From positions 1,178,001 to 1,242,000 of the forward strand of contig VJWM01000025.1 in NCBI GenBank assembly GCA_010909165.1: 64,000 nucleotides of DNA, read 5' to 3'. Both the position numbers and the translations under genes were made by a program. This document shows positions 11,141 through 23,700 of this stretch, piece after piece (the first letter of the stretch is position 1; every line of letters begins with the position of its first letter). This DNA is from Anthoceros angustus. Lineage: Eukaryota; Plantae; Anthocerotophyta. The notes beneath the pieces are model-generated. The model worked only from the letters and a program-made list of their open reading frames with translations, was not told the origin of the DNA and did no database searches.

Positions 11141-14100
11141 TGTGGAATGGGTTTTGCATCGAAGGCGCAAAGAGGCCACATTTACCCTCTATGTCGTTAT
11201 AGTCCTAGGATTCGATCCCAAGGGAATGGTGTTGTGTCAAGGTGTGCTAAATCTATGGATTCTAGACCTGCCGCTATCCCCACCTTCTCCGGCTACCTGC
11301 CCAAACCCACCAGTGGTAGACTCGGCCACCGCGGTGGTTCGTGGCGGGCCCCACCACGCCGCCTTTGAGTCTCGTCACACTTCTCTAACACGGACCTAGG
11401 CTATGGACACCTATACGCCTCACCTTACTGGGAATTTGCGATCCTACCACGCTTCCACTCCCCCTGCGTTTCGATTTTCCCTCACACGCTCTCACAATCC
11501 CTCCCGGTAGCTCACTACCTCAGGAACCTTTCCCAATGAACTCTCCCTCGTCTCACGGGCCACAGACCCTCCTTGGGCCCTTGGGACCCCTCTCTCATGG
11601 AATGAACACACAGTGGCGGTTCGGCAACATGGCGGGCCCCACCACGCCGCCTTTGGCGGAGTCTTCACGGCTTCTCTAACACGGACCTAGGGCTATCGGA
11701 CACCTATATATCGCCTCCTTAGGAATTTCTGCGATCCTACCACGCTTCCACTCCCCTCGCGTTTCGATTTTCCCTCACACGCTCACAATCCCTCAGCGCT
11801 CACTACCTCAGGAACCTTTCCCAATGAACTCTCCCTCGTCTCACGGGCCACCACAGACCCTTCCAGGCCACCACAGACCCCTCTCATGGAATGAACACAC
11901 AGTGGCGGCGGTTGGAAAGAGGATCGGAAGAAAACCCGGTCGGTGCTTGGGCGATTCGCCTTCCAGCGATTCCGCCTCGGTAGTGGCACTCCTACCTCTT
12001 TTCGTGGCGGCTTTCCGTTACCCAGGCGTGGAGCTTGGCCACTCCGCTCTCGACCATCCGAGATCTTCCGGCCTTCTTGTGACCAGGCGGTCGCGGTTTG
12101 ATGCGACGACGTCTCAATCAACCCCACTCGGCGGTTCGATACACGGAAGTTCACACGAAATCGTCGCCTTGAGAGACACCCGGGGTCTCTTATACATCGG
12201 TGGTCCAACACTCACTTCTCTTTAGTGTCTAAAATTGTAGCTCCTACCACGGCGCCTTACCAATCTAAACACAACTCTACGGTGATGGAACTCCCTATCC
12301 TCGCACGAAAAACCCGGTCCTAGGCTATCGCGACTCCCCTAAAATCAGCTGCCGCCTCGCGATTCTTTGCCTCGCCCTCGGCCCATGGGGACCCCTCTCG
12401 CTCTTGGCCTCGCCTCGATCCAGCGATTTTCCCCACAACCTCCACCTCGCTCTCCTTTGCTGAATTTCCCTCGCGCCTTCCCGCGGACGTTGCGCCTTTG
12501 TGACCTCTATGTCCATTGTCCGCTCCTCCTCATTTGGACAACCATCGTGCTCCTCCCTCCATGCTCGCTGCGCCTCGCTCATCTCTTCCGGCACCACTTG
12601 CGGAGGATAGGCGCCCGCTCCTACTCGAAGGAACCAGCAGTAGCATGGCGGTCAAGATGTCTGACCCGGTGGTTTACGCCCCTCTGTCCCAACAACCACA
12701 TACACGTTTAGAGTGAGCACCGCTCACCATGCGGCGGCAGGACATGAGCATCCTCATCCGGACGCCGTAGCACTGTCGCCCCTTCGATCTGAGAGGTCCT
12801 TACCCTCTCCTCCGTGGACAATCCACAGGCGGCTGCTGGATTCTCGGGGATCTGTCCCTCCATCTGCGACACTCCGTGGTGACTTCCCCACCTCGGTTCC
12901 CGTTCCACGGCGGTGGCTGGTTTAGCCACCGTGGTGGTTGCTTCCCCGGTGGTTGTTTGGCTCTGCGGTGGGCATTTTCGGCCTTTCTTGGTTTGGCCAC
13001 CTCTCTCTTGACTCGGCCCTAACCCGTCTCTTTCCGCTTGTACCTCTCCTTCTTGAATTTCTCCAAGGCGCCATCGCTTCCACACTCTGGACTCGCGAGA
13101 CCTCATCCAAGCTCTTCAATTGTAGCATCGCCCCTTGACTGATTTACTAAAGCTTCTGCGAGTGGACATGTACATGCTTTGCTCCTGTGCCTTGCATAAG
13201 GCCGCGCACTCCGTCTGCGCTCCTCGGCCGCCTTGCTCTCGCCTTCGGGCTCTCCAACTTCTCCTTGAGCAACTTCTCCTGCCTTGCACACTCGGCCAAG
13301 TGAGAGCCATGGCTTGATCGAGGAGATCCGCTGCGTCTCGTGCCATGGCAGTCAAACCACCAAATCCCCAAATTGGGCTGTCCCTTGCCCATCCGCCTCC
13401 ACAACAATTCGTGTCGGTGTCTCCTATCCCCACCTCGGACGGTTCGGTGAAATGTCGCCAAAATGTCCGGAGCTCGTTGCGGTCTCGGCGTGAAGTTAAC
13501 CCTCCTCTCCTAGGGGTTGTGCCTTGCCTCTTCCCGCTTCATTCTCCCCTAGCGGCGATTCATCCTGCACTGAGGGAGCAACTTGCCATTTCCCTTTACT
13601 TTTCCTCCTTTACCCGCGTTCTGCTGTAGTCTTGACTGGTGACCACAGGTGTGGCTGTGGGTTCCTCCTCTGTGCTGCCCTCCCTTCTTCGCCGATCCCG
13701 TTCGACCGTTGCGCCCGCTTCTTACCCTTGGAAACTTCCCCACCCTCTTAGAACCTTCGAGCGCACTCCCAAGCTTCTTGGAATCCTTGCCCGAATCCTC
13801 CTTCAATTCCTCCTCTTCTACCTTGAGTTCCACACCGGCTTCCAACCATGCAGGCGGACCGACTTCAACTCGTTAAACACCGGAATGCGCAAATACATGA
13901 ATCGGAAAAGGCGAAATCAAGGAGGGCCGAGGGAAGAAGAGTAATTCGCCTTCTCCTCACAGGCTCTTTCGAAAATCATCCTCCCCAATCAATTTGTGTA
14001 CCCTTGACCACCTCGTGAAGAAAAACCAAGAAGTGATCCGCCATATGATCCGACTTCGGTTACGAGGAACACAAAATCCATTTGGCCAATCCCACCAGTA

Positions 14101-15107
14101 TGAGACACGAGTTGGCGAGTCACCCATTTATTCACTCTCACTTCCCCGAGCTTCATGGCGCTGCGGCTTTCAAGGTCTTCTCGGGGTCAATCACCAAGCT
14201 CCCATCCTCGATGCTTCTCGCCCATTCTGCTCGAAGAGGGCCAAATCCAGTTCTGCGGCCTTTTCCTCGCGTCACCCTCTTGCGACTTGGTCCTTAATTG
14301 CGGGCGCACTCTTGCACCAATGCGGTCGTAGCACCATTTCTTCTCCATGAACTTGAGACCCGGCTCACGCACCAGTGCTCTCACTTTCCGATGGTCCATG
14401 TTGGGCCCCGCTGCGTGAGTGGATTTCGGCGCGGCTCGGGCGCCATCTCCTTCTCGTTGTCTCCCAAAACAAAACCTCGACTACCTGCAGATCCGGTCAA
14501 GAGAAAAAAAATCGAGAAAGCCCTCGCGCTCCTTCCACGCCTCCTCGCGAACTTGCGGCGCCGATTTCTCTCTCCCGCCGCCGCTCGCCGATCGTCGCGC
14601 GCCTTTCCTCCTGCAGTGAGGCGGTGATTTGGCTGGCGTGCGTCTGTGCGCCCCTCTTGCGGCTCGCTCCGTGCCCCTCACGGAAAGTCGCGACCTCGCG
14701 TCTTGGGTGTGCCCTTCTCCCGATTCTCCGGCGGGTAGTCCGCTCCGCCACTAGGGTTGTAAATTCCCCACAGTGCATGCGTCCGTTTCTCGGCCACCGT
14801 GGTGGAACTAGCCACCACCCACTTGACTACACAAGCTGGCATATTGTGAGCATCCCTAGCATATATAGACACCTTTTATTCTAAAAATTCCCAATACCCA
14901 AGGACTCTATTTCTACCCCACCCCTCTGGGGTCAAACCTAAGGGTCGAAAAATTATTATTATCTCCAAGGGCCAAGGACCATTCCCGTATAAAAGACCTG
15001 ACTCAGACGATTCTCAAAGCACTCTGCTATTCTAACACACCCAAAACAAAAAAAATCGTTCACCCTGACACTTGAGAGCGGGGTTAGTTCACATGTGGTC
15101 TTCCACA
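11141..15107 (-). repeat. 5' LTR (3967 bp, including a ~300-bp internal duplication near 11330-11900) of the Athila-like element
   Basis: Direct repeat of 1116-4743, followed on the minus strand by the PBS. Confidence 0.95.
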
Positions 15108-18100
15108 GTAAGTCGGAGGGGGCTTGACATCCTGGTGTGATGACTTGTGAGTGGATATGTTGATTAGATAGGATGTGCATGAGCATGGTATGCATGCCCA
15201 CCTGTAAGCATGCACACATAAGCATGCTGATAACCATGTGTGTGACCTGCGAGGCCGTGAACGGCGTAAGCAGTGACGGACCCATCTTTGGGCCAGCGTC
15301 ACGGCGGAATTATGGCGCGCCATGGGCGGCGATCCTCTTGGGCGTCAAAGCGCAGCTGTGTCGGCGGAAGGCGCGCCAAGCACTTAGGCGATAAAGTAGG
15401 TTTCAATCCGCGTGCGGATTGCGATGTTGTTCTTACAGGCAGCCATACGAATCCCAATGAAGAAGGGTGCGGAGTTCGCTGACAATCACGGCTTTGGGAA
15501 GTGCGGGTGGATGGGCTTAGGCCCGATTGAAGGGCAATTTTGCACATCAGCAATCCGCTCTGGCTGAAGCCAAGCGTCCAACCAAGAAATGTGAAGGAAT
15601 CCAAACACGTCACGAAAGAGTGGTGGACCACAGATAAGTTGATGGTGAACCAATAATGAGAGTCTTTGATTACGGTGTGTTGTTTTATGCGGGTTGGTCC
15701 ATTTTGCACCTAGCTACCTTAGCGTAAATAGAGCCGCATATTTGTGGCGAGGTTGTGGGATGAAGTGATTGACAAAGCGGCATGGCTCATGGTAGACGGA
15801 AGGGGAACCAATACTGCTTTGATGGAATGCCATACATAGTCTCTCGTAGAGGAAGGGATTGATAAGTTATGGTGTTTTGCGTTACGGGTGGACAAACGAG
15901 ATCACTCCGTCCGAAACTTCATGATCCATCACCCAGACCGTCGGTCCAGTAGGCCAAGTGGTCGGTTGAGAGGGAGCATAGTCCCATCCGATCCATAGCA
16001 TTTGAAGAGTAGTGGTGGAGTCGAATGGAATATGAAATAGCGCCTAGCAAGAATGATGTGTTCTTGTGGACATGGCATGTCATTGGGCGATTTTGAGGAG
16101 AAGTTTAGGTGGGCAATCGATGAGATGGTGCTCAAGTACAAATCCGAGTTTACACGAGATGGCATTGAGGAAGATGAGCACGTTTCTTGCGGGAGAGGCG
16201 TTAACGTGCTATCGGACGCAAGGACCGGATCTTGCAAGATGCGCGTGCTCGCCAAGGCAAGAATGGCCAAGAAGATGTTGAAGGTGGATGAGGTGGAAGA
16301 GGCGTCCGTTCTACAGTGACACCATTACATACCGGTGGATGAGATGTTCGCCAAATTTAAATGTTTCCAGATCGTCCATAGAAAGATTCAGAGTCGCCGA
16401 AGTTCACCATCAAGCATAACGAACCTCTCCGATCCGCTTACTTGAGGTTGAGGCAATCGTAAAAGACACGCGGTGAAGACAATGCGGAAGCCGCCCAGAT
16501 CTACATAGCCGCCTCCTGGAAGGCAAAGGAGGGTGATTGCCAATTTCTTGCATATGATGCACGTGATTACGAAATGGAACAAGCCTATGAGATGGCCGAG
16601 AGGGTCATGAAGGGCGATGCATGACCAAAGGCCATTGGGAGGAGCACAATTTGGTCGGGGACGAAAGATGCCGTGAATAACCCAAGGTTTCATGGTAGAA
16701 CCACACAACGGAACATACTCGGATGAATACGCGGAATTCCCCAAAACAAAGGACATATGGCCACAGCGCAGCCACCACCCCACTTGACTACACAACTGTG
16801 GCATATTGTGAGCATCCCTAGCATATATAGACACCTTTTATTCTAAAAATTCCCAATACCCAAGGACTCTATTTCTACCCCACCCTCGGGGTCAAACCTA
16901 AGGGTCGAAAAATTATTATCTCCAAGGGCCAAGGACCATTCCGTATAAAAGACCCGACTAGACGATTCTCAAAGCACTCGCTATTCTAACACACCCAAAA
17001 AAAAAATCGCTCACCCCGACACTTGAGGCGGGGTTAGTTCACATGTGGTCTTCCACGATGAAGTCGGAGGGGCTTGACATCTGGTGTGATGACTTGTAGT
17101 GGATATGTTGATTAGATAGGATGTGCATGAGCATGGTATGCATGCACATAAGCATGCACATAAGCATCTTGATAACCATGTGTGTGAACTGCGGAGGCCG
17201 TGAACGGCGTAGTAACGGGTGAGATCTTTGCGGGCAGCGACACGGCGGAATTATGGCGCGCCATGGACGGCAGTCCCCTTGGACGTCAAGGCGCACCGCG
17301 CGGGTGCCTGTGATCGGCAGGAAGGGCGCGCCAAGCACTTAGGCAGTATAAAGTAGGTTTCAATCCGCAGTAGCACGCGGATTGCTGATGTTTGTTCTTA
17401 CAGAGCAGCCATACGAATCCCAATGAAGAAGGGTGCGGAGTTCCTTTGACAATCACGGCTTTGGGAAGTGCGGGTGGATGGGCTTGGACCCGATTGAAGG
17501 ACGACTTTTACAAGAATCGCTACCAAGCCAAGCGGCGTCCAACCAAGAGGGCTATGAAGGGAATCCAAACACGTCACGAAAGAGCGGTGGACCACACAGA
17601 TAAGTCGATGGTGAACAATAATGAGAGTGCTGTAGATTACGGTGTGTTGTTTTATGCGGGTTGGTCCATTCTGCACCTAGCTACCTTAGCGTAAATAGAG
17701 CCCGCATATTTGTGGCGAGGTTGTGGGATGAAGTGATTGACAACCGGCATGGCTCATGGATCGATGTATGGGGAACCAATACTAACTTTGATGGAATGCC
17801 ATACATAGTCTCGAGAGGAAGGATTGATAAGTTATGGTGTTTTGGCCTGGTGGACAAACGAGATCACTCCCAGAAACTCGCAGCCCCATCACCCAAGACC
17901 ACACCAGAGGCCAAGTGGTCATTTGAGAGGGAGCATAGTCCCATCCGATCCATAGCATTTGAAGAGAGTAGTGGAGTCGAATGGAATATGAAATAGCGCC
18001 TAAAGAATGATGTGTTTATCTTGAGACATGGCGCATGTCGTCGATTTTGAGGAGAAGTTTAGGTGGGCAATCGATGAGATGGTGCTCAAGTACAACCGAG

Positions 18101-18737
18101 TTTACACCGAGATGGCATTGAGGAAGATGAGCACGCTTGCGGAGAGGCGTTAACGTACTCGGACCGCAAGGACCAGATCTTGCAAGATGCGTTCGCCAAG
18201 GCAAGAATGGCCAAGAAGATGTTGAAGGTGGATGAGGTGGAAGAGGCGTCCGTTCTACGGTGACACCATTACATACCTGGTGGATGAGATGTTCGCCAAA
18301 TTCGCAGAAATGTTTCCAGTATCGTCCATAGAAAGATTCAGGAGCTGTCGAAGTTCACCATCAAGCATAACGAACCTCTCCGATCCGCTTACTTGAGGTT
18401 GAGGCAACTGGTAAAAGACACGCGTGTGAAGACAATGCGGGAAGCCGCCCAGATCTACATAGCTGCTCTCCCAGGAAGGCAAAGGAGGGTGATTGCCAAT
18501 TTCTTGCATATGATGCACGGTGCAGATTACGAGCTGGAACAAGCCTATGAGATGGCCGAGAGGGTCATGAAGGGCGATGCAGTGACCAGTGCCTACTGGG
18601 AGGAGCACAATTTGGTCAGGGGACAGCAGCATGCCGTGAATAACCCAAGGTTTCATGGTAGAACCACACAACGGGAACATACTCAGATGAATACGCTGCG
18701 GAATTCCCCAAACAAAGGGCATACGGCCAATAGCGCA
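14811..18737 (+). repeat. Tandem duplication, ~1960-bp unit (14811-16770 / 16771-18737), spanning the LTR end and the gag of the next element
   Basis: Near-identical copies that differ mainly by small indels. Junction microhomology GCCACCA. Confidence 0.9.
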
Positions 18738-19020
18738 GCCACCAATAAAGCAACGGTGGAATGCCTTCGCTGCAGGGGGGCACACAAAGCTTTCGAGTGT
18801 GAATACCGGTGGGGAACGGAAAAGGAGCGTTGTCGCACGTGTGCCAAGACCGACATAGAAGCGGCGGCGGTGCCCATCCGAACTCAAGCCAAAAGGCGGT
18901 GGATATCCGAGGCGAAACCAGGAGGTACACTCGGGCGCTCCTCGGTGAGGTGCACAGGCTGCAAGAAAAATTGGCCATGAGCGTAAGCACGGGGGGAAGT
19001 TCGGTTGTCACCACTGAGGA
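15440..19020 (+). pseudogene. gag: gag with a long N-terminal region (partly duplicated) and three zinc knuckles
   Basis: ORF 18393-18980 contains CLRCRGAHKAFEC, CRTCAKTD and CTGCKKN(GH). Upstream coding-like pieces are at 17392-17996 and 16053-16319. Confidence 0.75.
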
Positions 19021-19439
19021 GTATGATTCGGATCCAGAGGTGTATGCACTAATGACCATGAGGTCGTTTGAGGATGAACGGGCTGGCCTTGACTTGGGGA
19101 AGGCGGTGCAGAGAAAGAAGGCCGAGGAAAGGAATCAGCTCAAGATGCCCAAATCCTTCAGACAGTGTGAAGAAGACCCGGAGGTACGGATGTCTGAAGA
19201 GGAATCACCTAGTGCTGAACTCATGCTTGAGAAGGTGATGGATGTGCCTGTAATGAGTTTGCGTGACCTCGGGGTCAAAACACAACCATTGAGGCAAGCG
19301 TTAAAGGCCCGGATGCGTATGAGACTACAGGACGTGACGAGGTGTCCGGATGTCGGTGAACACCTAAAGCTGCGCACGGGCAAGGGGCATTGCCATGGTG
19401 AAAAACCAAGGCCGAGAGGTGACGATCAACGGTTCCCGC

Positions 19440-20040
19440 AACATGTGTTGGTGGACACGGTGCGGACCCGGTATTGCTCGCTGGTAAAGCCCCACGGCTG
19501 AGATAAGCTCAAGCCATGTGATGTCCACATCACCACATCGGCGGAACCAAGGAACGAGTAATGGAATGACCCGTGAGCGATGCGCGCATAGAATTCAAGC
19601 CGGAACCAAGGATGCCTCCATTGTCGGGTTCACTCGGTATCTAACGCAAGGAACTATGACGTGTTACTTGGGGCTGATGCCACACGCCCAAAGAATGGGG
19701 TAGATCCACGCACTCGAAGCATTTCTGTGCCACGATGGCGAGATGGAGATTTCACACGCGTGGCCGTGGATACCACTTGACATGAGGCGACGGATGAAAA
19801 ATCAAATAGCATGGTGGCATTCACGGCTTGTTCGGCGGATGTTGTGCATAGGCAAGTGGTTTGGGAAGAAACCCGTGATCTCATGCGGGAAGAGGTACAG
19901 GAGAGGATGTGGAGCCGCAAGTGCATGTACATCGTGAAGAACCCCATGCTATCGAGGCATTGTCTCGGAGCTCACCCGACGAGTCACAAGGCATGGAAGG
20001 CCTCCACGCGTCCGGACAACCATATGCCTAAGCTGGAATT
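19440..20040 (+). pseudogene. Retroviral-type aspartic protease
   Basis: gtgttggtggacacggtgcgg reads VLVDT(G)A at ~19446, followed by YIVKNP..L..LG typical of the PR flap region. Confidence 0.7.
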
Positions 20041-20104
20041 CGGATGATACCACCTTGAGGATCAACACGGCCGTGATTCGGTGGCAACCGACGAGCGAGG
20101 CATA

Positions 20105-20990
20105 CATCCGATGGAGTTGTGTTCGGGGATCGCGGGCTTGAAGCAGTATTAAAGAGTGGAATGCGAGTAAGGAAATACACGTGTGTCGAAATAGATGAGA
20201 AGGCACGGGCAGTAGCCAAGTCCAGGATCATCAGGATGCAAAGAGCGTATCCCGAACTGTTAAGCATGGAAGCGGTGAAGGGATGTCAGAGCAGGCTGCC
20301 CTCCGATGTTAGATTGGTGGGGAAACGGCAGTTGAAAGCCATCGGGTGTCCGGTCGATGTACTAATTGCAGGATGGGAATGCAGGACGTTTTCCAGAGCT
20401 GGTTGTGGAAAGGGTGACAGGTGGAGATGGCTGCGATGATTAGGATTCAAGGAAATACAATGAGCAACCCAACTTGCTGGTACCTATTGGAGAATGTCTG
20501 GAGCATTGACAAACGCGAGCACATCGTGAAGAGCTATGAATTTTCGATGGTGGCTAGGTGAGGAATTTGTCATTGATGTCCCAGACGGGTTCATATGCCC
20601 ATCGGCGGAGTTTTTGGACCAACATCACCGGTGGAGGTGTTGAGGCAACATCGTGAACCCACCAAGCCGTAAAACGATGCGTGATGAGATTCGGGAAAGC
20701 GATGTTCTCACCGGCGGCGATGGACAAACCGCCGTGCTTTCCAAAGAACAAGATTGGGAAGCCGAGAAGGGCCCGCCCACGCCGTAAGATCGCTTCTTAT
20801 GCCTTCAGAGGTGGGGACGGCATGGTAGTGGATGTCGGAACGAGGTCGGTGAGCCCACGGTGCCGAGCGTGAACGAGCCATGGGATTCGATACCGATGGA
20901 CCGCCACGAGGCATCTCAAACATATCGCGCAAGTTGCTCGGACAAGCATTCGACCGACTTGCACGTTATTGAACGTGGGTCACACAAATG
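20105..20990 (+). pseudogene. C5-cytosine DNA methyltransferase domain, DNMT3-like, embedded in pol (frameshifted as assembled)
   Basis: Motifs in canonical order: I MELCSGIAG (20111), II VEID (20185), IV VDVLIAGWEC(R)TFSRAG (Cys 20380), VI YLLENV (20481-20498), VIII GSYAHRRSFWTNI (20588-20626; cf. DNMT3 AHRARYFWGNL), IX RERAMGF (~20870), X RKLLGQAFD (~20926; cf. DNMT3 RQRLLGRSW). Confidence 0.9.
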
Positions 20991-23450
20991 GGCGGTACAA
21001 GACTAAGGTGAGGCACACCTATTGGTACTCAAGAAGGCGAGTTTCCAGATCGTGAAGAAGGTACATCATGGACACCGCAGAACAAATACAATACAAGAAA
21101 ACCGAGATGGTGTGAATTCAAGACATGAGTGGCGATATGCGAGGAACTAGAGGAAGCCGATCAACACGAGATCCGGATATGCCGAAACCGACTCGCTGCT
21201 CATGAGCTAGGCGTATGATCGCATCAAATTCAAGATCACCACCACCACTAGTGAACCGTGTTCGAAGGCACCGAGTCCCATGGAGTGGGACATCGAGAAA
21301 GAAGATGCAAGGAATTGGCGGCGGCTAATTAGGAAGTCCACTTCAAGACGCTGGCTACCGTGTTGCCATTGAAGAAGGATGAAAATGGCGAATGGAAGGA
21401 CCGGAGGATGTGTGGGGACTATCGTGCTCAATGAGGTGACGCCTTATGGAACGATATCCTATGCCCACGCCGGATGAAATTTTCGATGCCATCGGCAGCC
21501 AAGTATTTCACTACGTTGGATTTCGATCGCTTCAATCAAATTGTCATCAAGAGAGACAAGTGCAAGATGCAGTTCGGGCAAAGACCAACTTTGGGAATGG
21601 GAAACGATGCTTGGTCTAAAGAACGCCTATATACTTTCGGTGGTCGATTTGGAGCGAGGATCGCCGCTTGTACGATGCTACATCGATGACATCTTGGTGT
21701 TTAGCAATGCGGAAGAACATCTCCAAAGACCGGAGATTCTCGAGGTTGGCCGATCGGATTAAAGGCACATCCAAAAATGCAAGTTCGCATATAAGGAAAT
21801 AGAATACTTGGGACACAAGATAGTTCCGGAGGGTGCTGCCTCGGTTGGCTAAGGTACGTGCAATTGATCTAATGCCTCACCCAGACGCCGCCGCATTGAG
21901 GGCATTCTTGGGACCGGTCAACTACTATCGCCGCTTTGTCCGCAACATGAGTAGTGTGTGCACCGTATGAATTGCTCAAGAAGGAGTGCCCGGCAATGGG
22001 AACAAGAGCAAGAACAAGCTTGGCGGGAGTTGAAGAACCACCGGAAGGCCAATGTTAAAAAGGCGACTTTGAGAAGCCTTTTGTCTTGTACACGGATTGA
22101 GTGCGGTGGTCTTGGGGCTAGCTCAAGCAGACGAGGAAGGCAGAGAGCGAGTCGTGACATGCAGTAGGTCCAACAATGCCGCGAGGCATCTCAAACATAT
22201 CGCTGCAAGTTGCTCGGACAAGCATTCGATCCGACTACCGGTTATTGAACGAATGTCACACAAATGGGCAGGTACAAGACGTAAGGTGAGGCACACCTAT
22301 TGGTACTCGAAGAAGGCGAGTTTCCAACAGAACGTCGTGAAGAAGGTACATGGACACCGCAGAACACGACAATACAAGAAAACCGAGATGGTGTGAATTG
22401 ACATGAGCGGAGGCGCGAGGAACTAGAGGAAGCCGATCAACACGAGATCCGGATATGCTACAATAAACCGACACGCCTTGGCGTCGCTGGGTGAGAAGTG
22501 TATGATCGCATCAAATTCAAGATCACCACCACCACTAGTGAACCCGTGTTCGAAGGCACAGCCGAGTCCCATGGAGTGGGACATCGAGAAAGAAGATGCA
22601 AGGAATTGGTGGCGTACTAATTAGGAAGTCCACTTCACAAGACGCCGCTACCGTGTTGCCATTGAAGAAGGATGAAAATGGCGAATGGAAGGACCGGAGG
22701 ATGTGGGGACTATCGTGCTCAATGAGGTGACGCCTTATGGAACGATATCCTATGCCCACGCCGGATGAAATTTTCGATGCCATCAGCCAAGTATTTCACT
22801 ACGTTGGATTTCGGCTTCAATCAAATTGTCATCAAGAGAAAGACAAGTGCAAGACAGCCTGGGCAAAGACCAACTTTGGGAATGGGAAACGATGCGCTTG
22901 GTCTAAAGAACGCGTCTATATACTTTCGGGTGGTCGATTTGGAGCAGGATCCGCTTGTACGATGCTACATCGATGACATCTTGGTGTTTAGCAACAGCGG
23001 AAGAACATCTCCGCACTGAGATTCATAGGTTGACGGATTAAAGGCACATCCAAAAATGCAAGTTCGCATACAAAGGAAATAGAATACTTGGGACACAAGA
23101 TAGTTCCGGAGGGTGCCGCCCTGGCTATACGCGTAATTGATCTAATGCCTCACCCAGACGCCGCCGCATTGAGGGCATTCTTGGGACCGGTCAACTACTA
23201 TCGCCGCTTTGTCGCAACATGAGTAGTGCAAAGCTCGTATGAATTGCTCAAGAAGGAGTGCCCGGCATGGGAACAAGAGCAAGAACAAGCTAAGTGAGTT
23301 GAAGAACCAGCGAAAGGCCAATGTTAAAAAGGCTCGACTTTGAGAAGCCTTTTGTCTTGTACGGATTGAGTGCGGTGGTCTTGGGGTCAGTAGCTCAAAG
23401 ACGAGGAAGGCAGAGAGTCGACATGCGAGTAGGGTCCAACAATGCCGCGG
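20908..23450 (+). repeat. Tandem duplication, ~1275-bp unit (DNMT C-terminus + RT + start of RNase H)
   Basis: gaggcatctcaaacatatcg recurs at 20908 and 22183. The copies differ mostly by indels. Confidence 0.9.
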
Positions 23451-23700
23451 AGGCGAACTACTCGTCATATGAAGGGGAATGCCTGGCGGCCGTTTGGGCG
23501 GTTTTACATTTCAGAGTGTATTTGTTTGGTCGGAGCTTTTAGTTGATCACAGATCATCAGCCCCTACACTGGCTGATGACAAACATGAAATTGAGCGGGA
23601 AACTTGCCAGATGGGCGCTCTTGCTTTCTGAGTACGATATGCAGATTGTGCATCGAGCGGGCAAAGTGCATCTCAATGCCGACTGACTCGAGAACCCGCA
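21200..23700 (+). pseudogene. pol: Reverse transcriptase (two copies from the duplication) and RNase H
   Basis: LPLKKDENGEWKDRRMCGDYR, RYPMPTPDEIFDAI, YFTTLD, GLKNA, RCYIDDILVFSN. RNase H: NYSSYEGECLAAVWAVLHFRVYLFG, TDHQPL..LM. Confidence 0.92.

Larger units (their letters stand above)
1116..15107 (-). mobile_element. Full-length Ty3/gypsy LTR retrotransposon, non-chromovirus (Athila-like/OTA), frameshifted as assembled
   Basis: Paired LTRs 1116-4743 and 11141-15107 with TGTGGAA/TTCCACA termini. Perfect 5-bp TSD GTAAG (1111-1115, 15108-15112). PBS and PPT present. Domain order gag-PR-RT-RH-INT. Athila-type motifs KKDHFPLPFID, YYAxRQLTDAERKYTTTERE, WGIDFVGP. Confidence 0.95.
704..15129 (-). 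repeat. ~430-bp LTR of the left-edge element, split by the nested Athila-like insertion (pieces 704-1115 and 15113-15129)
   Basis: Removing 1116-15107 plus one TSD copy gives a minus-strand sequence TGTCAAGCCCC...GTGTCTTCA with TG/CA termini, an internal TATAAGA followed by AATAAA, and then the PBS-like motif. The partner LTR is outside the window. Confidence 0.5.

Noticed and set aside
20105-20990. Bacterial restriction-modification methylase or contamination
   Set aside because: It is embedded between retroviral PR and RT, has DNMT3-type motifs VIII and X, and has no neighbouring endonuclease or operon.
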